Part shown: piece after piece, positions 9,647 to 17,122 of the stretch
Layout: the number at the start of each line of letters is the position of its first letter
How positions within the stretch are numbered: position 1 is the stretch's first letter
Source of the DNA: an uncultured Acetatifactor sp.
GTDB taxonomy: Bacteria; Bacillota; Clostridia; Lachnospirales; Lachnospiraceae
Length of the DNA stretch: 64,000 nucleotides
NCBI GenBank assembly: GCA_910588225.1
Contig: CAJUQT010000010.1
Location: 29,224 to 93,223 of the forward strand
Direction: 5' to 3'
Program-made: the position numbers and the translations under genes
The notes under the pieces: model-generated
Seen by the model: only the letters and a program-made list of their open reading frames with translations
Database searches by the model: none
What the model was told of the DNA's origin: nothing

Positions 9647-9734
9647 ATTATTTAATTAAGAGAACTTAATATCAATCTGAAATTAAGTATTTTATCTGTA
9701 TTTTCTTGACTTAATTTACTTAATTTTTTATAAT
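9647..9734. promoter_or_regulatory. Back-to-back sigma70-type promoters for the isomerase operon and lacI, with repeated CTTAAT motifs
   Basis: Plus strand: TTGACT(9706)-N17-TATAAT(9729). Minus strand: TTGATA(9675-9670)-N17-AATAAT(9652-9647). Palindrome ATTAAG-AGAA-CTTAAT at 9655-9670. ACTTAATTT at 9709 and 9718, and inverted at 9680. Confidence 0.55.
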
Positions 9735-9917
9735 GACACTGGAATTGTGCTTTTGAATTCCAGTGTGCAGATTCTATAATCAAAATTATATTGTTGCCTT
9801 ACTATCATGCAAGGTAAGGCAACAGGAATGCATGGGGAATACTGTATAAAATATAATGTATTATCAATGAAAATGTTTTAAGCAATATATTTCAGATATA
9901 GGAATGAGGAGAAAGAT

Positions 9918-10934
9918 ATGTCTGTCACCGCCAAAGAACTGGCCAGCCTGTTGAATCTGTCCGAAGCCGCCGTATCCATGGCCCTGAACGGCAAACCTGG
10001 AGTCAGCACTGCCACACGCAAAAAAGTCGTGGAAACCGCCGAAAAATACGGCTATGATTTCAGCCGGATTACCGCAAAAGCGCCTGCGCCCCGGCCTTCT
10101 CAGGGCACTCTGTATTTCATTATCTACCGCAAGCACGGCGCGGTAGTGACCGATACTCCCTTTTTTTCTCAGCTGTCTCAGGGGATTGACTCCGGCTGCA
10201 AAAAACACCACTACTTTTTAAACGTATTTTATCTGGATGAAGGGGAAAATCCGGAACGTCAGCTCCGGGAACTGATTCATTTCGACTGTAAGGGAATTCT
10301 TCTGCTGGGCACGGAAATGCTGGAAAATGATGTGCTTCCCTTTCTGAATCTGAAACTGCCTCTGGTCATCCTGGACACCTGTTTTGAGACCATAGAGGCG
10401 GATTATGTTCTGATCAATAATGCGCAGGGTGCCTATCTGGCCACCTGCCACCTGCTTTCCCGGTGCAGAGAACAGCCCGGATACCTGCGCTCTTCCTACC
10501 CAATCAATAATTTTACGGAACGGGCGGACGGATTCTATCGGGCAGTCCGTCGAAACGGCATGTCCACCTCCAACTCAAAAGTACATTTCCTCTCCCCCTC
10601 TGCGGAAGGGGCTTATGCGGATATGACAGCGATTCTGAGTACCGGAGAGAAGCCGGCCCGCTGCTACTTCGCCGACAATGACCTGATTGCCTGCGGCGCC
10701 ATGAAGGCGCTGAAGGAAAAAGGATACCGGATTCCTCAGGATGTGTCCATTGTGGGCTTCGACAATATGCCAATGTCCGCCTATACGGAACCGGCTCTCA
10801 CCACTGTCAACGTCCCGAAAGAATACATGGGAGAGATGGCCGTCTGCCGTCTCTCCCAGCTTATCGAATCCCAGGGGAATATTCCCGTGAAATTGGAGAT
10901 TTCCACCACCCTTGTAAAGCGGAAAACCGTATAA
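9918..10934 (+). CDS. LacI-family transcriptional regulator
   Basis: N-terminal HTH (TAKELASLLNLSEAAVSMALNGKPGVS) and a sugar-binding domain with ND.IA.G and SIVGFDN. Divergent from the isomerase operon. Confidence 0.92.
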   Translation: MSVTAKELASLLNLSEAAVSMALNGKPGVSTATRKKVVETAEKYGYDFSRITAKAPAPRPSQGTLYFIIYRKHGAVVTDTPFFSQLSQGIDSGCKKHHYFLNVFYLDEGENPERQLRELIHFDCKGILLLGTEMLENDVLPFLNLKLPLVILDTCFETIEADYVLINNAQGAYLATCHLLSRCREQPGYLRSSYPINNFTERADGFYRAVRRNGMSTSNSKVHFLSPSAEGAYADMTAILSTGEKPARCYFADNDLIACGAMKALKEKGYRIPQDVSIVGFDNMPMSAYTEPALTTVNVPKEYMGEMAVCRLSQLIESQGNIPVKLEISTTLVKRKTV

Positions 10935-11049
10935 TTAGATTCCTGCGGAAACAAGCCGCACCCCGTGTCGAAAACGCCTTATTCCATTCCTGCAAATGCT
11001 GATTTTTCCGTAACAGTTCAGCGCCCTGTCCGAACTGTTACGATTTTCC

Positions 11050-13017
11050 TCAGCCCTCCAGCCTGTGCAGAACAGCCTCGAATACATTGGCCGCCGCCCA
11101 GAGATTGTAGCTGAACCAGGAATTATATGCTTCTCCGGTATCATACCGCTCCGTCACCAGCCCGTCGGAGGGACACCATCTCTCAGACAGGACACCATAC
11201 TGCCCATATCCCGTCCGGTCCGGATACAGCTCCAGCGTCTGCATCATCCAGGCAATGGAATCCAGCGCACGCTCTGTGTAATAAGCATCCCCCGTCACTT
11301 CTCCCAGGAACAGCAAATCCTCATCCGCCAGCACACCCATTGGATGAATATGGGGATTGGAAACGGACGTAACAGAACCTCCGCAGGCATTCCAGCCGGC
11401 ATTTACCGGAGGATGCTCCGGACGGGTAGGATAGCCATACCGCCACAGGAATTCATATCCCGCGCTGTACTTCATATCCTCCAGGAATTCTGCTTCTTTT
11501 GTATATTCGTACAGCATCCGACTTCCATGCAGAAAGCTTAGATTCCCCTCCTGATCCACCGCCTTCCAGGTGTCCATTGGCGCGCCATAGCAATCCAGGT
11601 TGATGACAAACTTACGATAATAAGCATGTGCCTTCCTGGCCTTATCCACATAGGAGGCATCTCCTGTCAGCTGCGCAAGATACATCAGCCCCGGCACAAA
11701 CCAGCATCCCGCAAAGCCTTCCCAGTCCAGCACCTTCCTTTCCTGCGCCGAATAAGTATAGCCGAAAGCCCCGTCCTCTCTCTGGAGAGAAACCACGGTA
11801 TCCAGCACATTTTTACAGTTGCTCAGCCATTCTTCCTTCCAGGAAATTCCTTTTTCCTTCAGGAAAGATACTGTCTTTAAAATATAATATACCGCGCTTC
11901 CCTGAGTGTAAGCACAGTGGCAGTCTCTACAGAGACCATAATAAGTCCACCATCCATTCAACCGGTCATCAGAATTCTCGTTCACCGGTGCATATAAATC
12001 ATTGAAGAAGCCTGACTCCTCCCGATAACCGGCCACAATCCTGTCCAGCATCGTTTCTCCCGACATGGCCTGAGACAACCGGCCTGCCGCAAAATCTCCC
12101 AGCAGATATCTGCTCATCACAAGAGGAAATCCAAGAATGGCCCCGCCTGTCCAGCCGATTTCCACCACATTCCTCCAGGGCTCCAGCTTTGTATTGTCAT
12201 AAGGCTGGCATTTTCTGTTGGTGTATTCTCCCGCTTCCGAATCATAGTTCAGGCAGCAGAACGTATCCAGCATGGCTTCTGCCGCCTGTCGAAAGCTTCC
12301 GGTGTACACAGGTCTCACATGAATTCTTTCATATTCCCTGCGCACAATCCTGTGAATGCCCAGCCTTCCCTCTCCTGCCACAGTATAAATCTTCCCTGCA
12401 ACGCAGGCTTCTCTCCCCCGGCTCCCGGTGGAAGCGGCAGGTACGGAACGATTCAGGAAGGTCACCGGGTCGTTGGTGTAACCCAACGTAACTCCGAAAC
12501 AGTCCGGCAATGCAGCGAAGATACCGTTTCTGATCAGACCGCCCTCCTCTTTTCCTTCTTCCTCTGAATAAGGGTCTACAGATATCGCGGCAGTTCCCCT
12601 GCCACAACAGAGCGCCGACAAAGGCACAGCCGCCCGGTCCGCCCGAAATTCCCAATAGGGCGAACAGAATGCCGCCTCGGGATGAATTTCCGTAAGCAGA
12701 GGAAATTCTCCGATACGCACCTCCTCCGCATGATTGTCCCCGTAAATATTACAGGGAATCACATGGAAATAATCCTTTTCCTCCGGCAGGGAAAGCTGCA
12801 GCTTCATTCGGGTGTCATAGGAAGCATGGTATTCCATTCGATAACTGATTTCTCCCTCCGATCCTTCTTTGTCAAAAGCCACCCGGTATTCCGCATCCTT
12901 CGTCCGAAATTCACAGCCGCCTTCCGTATAACAGGAGTCCGGCACAGGAATCCATATATCATTTTTCCCGTAAAAAATATTCACTTTTAAGTTGAATCCA
13001 TTTAACTTTAATATCAT
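11050..13017 (-). CDS. Hypothetical 655-aa protein, possibly an (alpha/alpha)6-barrel glycoside hydrolase-like enzyme
   Basis: Long ORF with host-like codon use. Helical C-terminal region with QREDGAF, LTGDASYVDKARK and VTGDAYYTERA repeats typical of six-hairpin folds. No family recognised. Confidence 0.6.
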   Translation of the reverse strand: MILKLNGFNLKVNIFYGKNDIWIPVPDSCYTEGGCEFRTKDAEYRVAFDKEGSEGEISYRMEYHASYDTRMKLQLSLPEEKDYFHVIPCNIYGDNHAEEVRIGEFPLLTEIHPEAAFCSPYWEFRADRAAVPLSALCCGRGTAAISVDPYSEEEGKEEGGLIRNGIFAALPDCFGVTLGYTNDPVTFLNRSVPAASTGSRGREACVAGKIYTVAGEGRLGIHRIVRREYERIHVRPVYTGSFRQAAEAMLDTFCCLNYDSEAGEYTNRKCQPYDNTKLEPWRNVVEIGWTGGAILGFPLVMSRYLLGDFAAGRLSQAMSGETMLDRIVAGYREESGFFNDLYAPVNENSDDRLNGWWTYYGLCRDCHCAYTQGSAVYYILKTVSFLKEKGISWKEEWLSNCKNVLDTVVSLQREDGAFGYTYSAQERKVLDWEGFAGCWFVPGLMYLAQLTGDASYVDKARKAHAYYRKFVINLDCYGAPMDTWKAVDQEGNLSFLHGSRMLYEYTKEAEFLEDMKYSAGYEFLWRYGYPTRPEHPPVNAGWNACGGSVTSVSNPHIHPMGVLADEDLLFLGEVTGDAYYTERALDSIAWMMQTLELYPDRTGYGQYGVLSERWCPSDGLVTERYDTGEAYNSWFSYNLWAAANVFEAVLHRLEG

Positions 13018-13152
13018 TTATACTACATTCCTTTCCACAATTTACAGATATAATGCCACACAGATTATTCTTTTCCATATAATGTTCCAATTACCTGTCT
13101 GAACTACTGCCTATTCGTTCCCATCCCTTACTCTCTATCAGAAAAGCAGATA

Positions 13153-15837
13153 TCAGAAAGACTTCCGATACACAATCTCCCACTCTCCGGAACCGCACTG
13201 TGCAGTGAAAATCCCCTCCTTCAAAGCAAAATCCAGCCCCTCAGTCCTGATCTCTTCGGCGCCTTTTTCCAATCTGATCTCCGCGGTGGTATTGTGTGGA
13301 ATTGTAATCTGCAGCCTGCGGACATCCTCCGCCTCCCCCTTTTCCCAGCGAACCTTCAACACACCGTACACACTCTCGTAAGAGCCCTCCGCAAAGTCGA
13401 ATGCATCTCCTGTCTGGGGACTGATAATGGAATGATGATAACCCGGGTCCTTCTCGTCGATTTCCATTCCCAGCACCACTCTGTAAAGCCAATCCCCCAC
13501 AGCGCCGTAAGCATAATGATTGAAGGAATTCATATCCGGACTCCACATGGTCCCGTCTGGCTTCATGCCGTCCCAATGCTCCCAGACAGTGGTTGCTCCC
13601 ATCTTTACCTGATAAAGCCAGGAAGGGAAATCCTCCTTCAGCAGAAGGTCATAAGCCTCCTTCACATAGCCGTTACGGCTCAGCGCATGGCAGAAATAAG
13701 GCGTTCCCACGAAACCAGTGACCAGATGGCCATTCTCCTTCTTCAGCAGCTCTGTCAGACGCCGGGCTGTCTGGGCCCTGAAAGCTTCCGGCACCAGATC
13801 AAAATACAACGCCACAATGTGAGCCGTCTGGGTCTGGGCTGTCATGGTTCCGTCCGCCTGAAAGAAGGTTCGTCTGAACTTCTCCACAATCTTGTCATGC
13901 AGGGCACCGTACCGCACCGCATCCTCCCGCCTGTCCAGAATCCCGGCAATTTTCACGAAAAGTCCTGTGGAATAGGCAAAATATGCCGTACAGGTCAAAT
14001 CGTTTGGCGTGGCGCCGAAGTAGCTTCCCTCCTCTGCATCCAGCGCCACCCAGTCCCCGAACTGCAGCCTGTAATTCCATATGTAATCTGTGGAATGCTC
14101 TTTCATGAAATCAATCCACTTCCGCATACTCTCATACTGCTCTTCCAGAATTGTCTTATCCCCGAACGTCAGATACATGGTCCAGGGATTAATCACTGCC
14201 ACATCCGCCCATGCCGCCGCGGAATGAGTCCCCTGGGACAACAGCCAGTCATTCTCTTCCTTCCCGCTGATAATGTCAGGCACCACATGAGGCACACCTC
14301 CCTCCGGCGTCTGATCCGCCGCCACATCCTTCAGCCATTTCCGGAAAAAAGTATACGTGTTCATAAGCCAGCAGGCAGTCCTGCAGAAAATCTGGGCGTC
14401 TCCCGTCCATCCCACTCTTTCGTCTCTCTGAGGGCAATCCGTGGGAATATCCAGGAAATTCCCCTTCAGACCCCAGAGAATATTCTGCTGCAGTCTGTTC
14501 ACCAGCGGATTGGAACACCGAAAGGTTCCCGTCTGCTCCATCTGGGAATAAAGTGCAAACGCCAAGAAATCTTCCGCCTTCACTTCTCCGGGCCATTGCA
14601 GAATCTGTACATACCGAAATCCCATAAAGGTAAAAAGAGGGTGATACTCTTCCGGCCCGTCCCCTTTGCAGATATAATGAATCTCCTGCTTCGCGGAACG
14701 CAGATTTGCCGTATATACATTTCCCTGTGCATCCAGTGTCTCAAAGCATTTCAGAACAATCTCACATCCCCTGTCCGCCTGCACTCGAAAATTCACCCAT
14801 CCGGTCAGGTTCTGACCGAAATCAATCACAGTTTCCCTGTTGGGTGTCACAATCACTTCCCTGGCCTGAAGCTTTTCCATTTTCCGCACCCTGCTGCCCG
14901 CCTGGGCCGTGAGCGCTTCCATCGGGAACTCAATTCTGCTTACCTTTTTCCATTTCCCTTCATCTTCCGACTCCAGTCTGGCATCATACCATTCTCCGTC
15001 GTAAATCTCCGAAAAAGTTACTGGACCGGGTCGTCCCTGCCAGCTTTCGTCCGTCACGAAAATCTCTTCCCTGCCATCCTTATACCGCACTATCATCTGC
15101 ATCAGAAAAGCTGTTCTCGTACCGTAATTGTTCCTCAATAGCAGGAATCCCATCTTTCCTTTGTACCATCCTGCTCCCAGCATGACCTCCAGAACATTTT
15201 CTCCTTCTTTCAGCAGTTCTGTCACATCACAGGTCTGGTAACATAGATGCTTATGATAAGAAGTCCAGCCAGGGGTCATTTCGTCCTCTCCCTCCTTCTC
15301 TCCATTGATAAAAAAGCGGTACAATCCCAAAGCTGTCCCACACACATAAGCCGACTCCACTTCCCCCTTCAGATAAATCCTTTTCTTCAGACAGGTACTG
15401 TTGGATTTCTCGCTGTCTGATTCTTCCTCCACGGTAATGAAACCTGCCTTCCACTGGCTCCTGTCCAGAATTCCTGTCACAAAGGAAGCAGTGTCGCTGT
15501 AAGGACTCTTCTCCACGCCATCGCTCACCCGGACTCGCACAAAATATTCCCTGCAGGATTGAATCTCGCCTGATACTTTTCCTTTTTCATTGATTCGAAT
15601 TCCCTGCCCCTCTGTCTTCTCCCATGGAATTTCCACATGAACAGATTCTTCGCTCTCCACGAAACCACTGTCATAGACGAGCCTTTCAAACTGCAAATCC
15701 TCCGCAATCTGCAGCTGATAGGACTTTTGTACCACGCTTTTCCTGTCGCTCTCCAGCACCCAGCCAAACCATGGAATCCCTCCCAGACCTGTAGGCTGTT
15801 CCACATACTCCATTCTGATTTTTATCGCTTTAAGCAT
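13153..15837 (-). CDS. Alpha-L-rhamnosidase, GH78
   Basis: DFGQNLTGW, DIPTDCPQRDERVGWTGDAQ, GATTVWEHW, MNSFNHYAYGAV. Start moved to ATG 15837 (GGGAGAG RBS). No signal peptide. Confidence 0.92.
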   Translation of the reverse strand: MLKAIKIRMEYVEQPTGLGGIPWFGWVLESDRKSVVQKSYQLQIAEDLQFERLVYDSGFVESEESVHVEIPWEKTEGQGIRINEKGKVSGEIQSCREYFVRVRVSDGVEKSPYSDTASFVTGILDRSQWKAGFITVEEESDSEKSNSTCLKKRIYLKGEVESAYVCGTALGLYRFFINGEKEGEDEMTPGWTSYHKHLCYQTCDVTELLKEGENVLEVMLGAGWYKGKMGFLLLRNNYGTRTAFLMQMIVRYKDGREEIFVTDESWQGRPGPVTFSEIYDGEWYDARLESEDEGKWKKVSRIEFPMEALTAQAGSRVRKMEKLQAREVIVTPNRETVIDFGQNLTGWVNFRVQADRGCEIVLKCFETLDAQGNVYTANLRSAKQEIHYICKGDGPEEYHPLFTFMGFRYVQILQWPGEVKAEDFLAFALYSQMEQTGTFRCSNPLVNRLQQNILWGLKGNFLDIPTDCPQRDERVGWTGDAQIFCRTACWLMNTYTFFRKWLKDVAADQTPEGGVPHVVPDIISGKEENDWLLSQGTHSAAAWADVAVINPWTMYLTFGDKTILEEQYESMRKWIDFMKEHSTDYIWNYRLQFGDWVALDAEEGSYFGATPNDLTCTAYFAYSTGLFVKIAGILDRREDAVRYGALHDKIVEKFRRTFFQADGTMTAQTQTAHIVALYFDLVPEAFRAQTARRLTELLKKENGHLVTGFVGTPYFCHALSRNGYVKEAYDLLLKEDFPSWLYQVKMGATTVWEHWDGMKPDGTMWSPDMNSFNHYAYGAVGDWLYRVVLGMEIDEKDPGYHHSIISPQTGDAFDFAEGSYESVYGVLKVRWEKGEAEDVRRLQITIPHNTTAEIRLEKGAEEIRTEGLDFALKEGIFTAQCGSGEWEIVYRKSF

Positions 15838-15864
15838 TTCACACTCTCCCTTGTATTTTCTACC

Positions 15865-15901
15865 CTTCATAAGGTCATCATATACAGATGACCTTATGAA
15901 G
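15865..15901. repeat. Perfect 15-bp inverted repeat with a 7-bp spacer
   Basis: CTTCATAAGGTCATC-ATATACA-GATGACCTTATGAAG, 28 bp upstream of the GH78 start. Confidence 0.9.
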
Positions 15902-16075
15902 AATACGCTGTATCCTCCATCAACTGGACGAAAGAAAGCTGCCTTTTGCTTTCTTTAATATGGCCATTATATCAGACCCCGCTGATTTTACAATGCCCTT
16001 TTTCCACATGGCATTGAGGATGCGGAAATGTTATGATAAAATTAAGACGGATTGATATGGAAGGAGTTAACTTTT

Positions 16076-16945
16076 ATGTGGCTTATTATGGCAGTTTTAT
16101 CAGCTTTCTTCGCAGGAGTAACATCAATCCTGGCAAAATGCGGCATTCGGAAGACAGATTCCGATGTGGCGACCGCATGGAGAACTGTGGTTGTTCTGTT
16201 ATTCGCGTGGATTATGGTATTTATAGTTGGTTCTGCGGAGACCATTTTCACAATAACGCCAAAATCTTTATTCTTTTTGATTTTGTCCGGCATGGCAACA
16301 GGTGCGTCATGGATTTGTTATTTTAAGGCATTATCCCTGGGAGATGTGAATAAGGTTGTTCCCATTGATAAATCAAGTACGATTCTTACCGTACTGCTGG
16401 CAATCGCACTATTCGGGGAGACAGAGTATTTATTGTTCAGGCTGACCGGAACCGTCCTCCTGGCTGTGGGAATTTATCTGATGGTGGAAAAAAGACAGAC
16501 TGCGGAAAAAGAATACAACACCCGCTGGCAGCTTTATGCTGTTCTCTCCGCTGTTTTTGCCGCTCTCACTTCTGTACTTGCCAAAATCGGAATCACCGGT
16601 GTGGAATCTAATCTTGGCACTGCAATCCGTACCATTGTCGTCCTCGTTATGTCCTGGCTCATCGTTTTTATAAAAGGGAAACAGATACAGCTAAAACAGA
16701 TTGACAAAAAAGAAATCATTTTCATATCCCTTTCCGGACTTGCAACAGGAGCTTCCTGGCTGTGCTACTATTATGCCATTCAAAATGGTATTGTAAGCCT
16801 TGTGGTACCTGTTGACAAACTAAGCATTCTGATAACAGTCGCTTTTTCCTATGTGGTATTCCGGGAGAAATTATCCAGAAAAGCTTTCCTCGGACTTCTG
16901 CTTATGACCGCAGGCACACTCATAATGACATTACCGAGTCTCTGA
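16076..16945 (+). CDS. EamA/DMT-family transporter (two EamA repeats)
   Basis: Two similar halves (AFFAGVTSILAKCG / AVFAALTSVLAKIG; VVPIDKSS / VVPVDKLS). AAGGAG RBS before ATG 16076. TTGAGG-N17-TAAAAT upstream. Confidence 0.88.
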   Translation: MWLIMAVLSAFFAGVTSILAKCGIRKTDSDVATAWRTVVVLLFAWIMVFIVGSAETIFTITPKSLFFLILSGMATGASWICYFKALSLGDVNKVVPIDKSSTILTVLLAIALFGETEYLLFRLTGTVLLAVGIYLMVEKRQTAEKEYNTRWQLYAVLSAVFAALTSVLAKIGITGVESNLGTAIRTIVVLVMSWLIVFIKGKQIQLKQIDKKEIIFISLSGLATGASWLCYYYAIQNGIVSLVVPVDKLSILITVAFSYVVFREKLSRKAFLGLLLMTAGTLIMTLPSL

Positions 16946-16993
16946 TAAAGAAATCTTTGATCCGGAACTGTCACTGGAAATACTTGTGGTAGT

Positions 16994-17107
16994 ATGATAT
17001 AATGACCTTATTCTTGGGAGGAAACGGCCGAATGGCCATCCATCATGTGCACTCTGGGCACATGATATAATGACCTTATTCTTGGAAGGAAACGGCCGAA
17101 TGGCCAT
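16994..17107 (+). repeat. 46-bp direct duplication (one mismatch, 22-bp spacer) containing an extended -10 box
   Basis: ATGATATAATGACCTTATTCTTGG(G/A)AGGAAACGGCCGAATGGCCAT at 16994-17039 and 17062-17107. Confidence 0.9.
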
Positions 17108-17122
17108 TTAAAGGGAACACTT

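Noticed and set aside
8119-9669. 516-aa plus-strand ORF
   Set aside because: It is in codon register, antisense to the isomerase gene. It stays open because the sense gene avoids TTA/CTA/TCA. No motifs or RBS.
13294-15141. 615-aa plus-strand ORF
   Set aside because: In-register antisense shadow of GH78, with the same codon-bias explanation.
16994-17107. Possible mini-CRISPR (46-bp repeat, 22-bp spacer)
   Set aside because: Only two units, a short spacer, a promoter box inside the repeat and no cas genes in the window.
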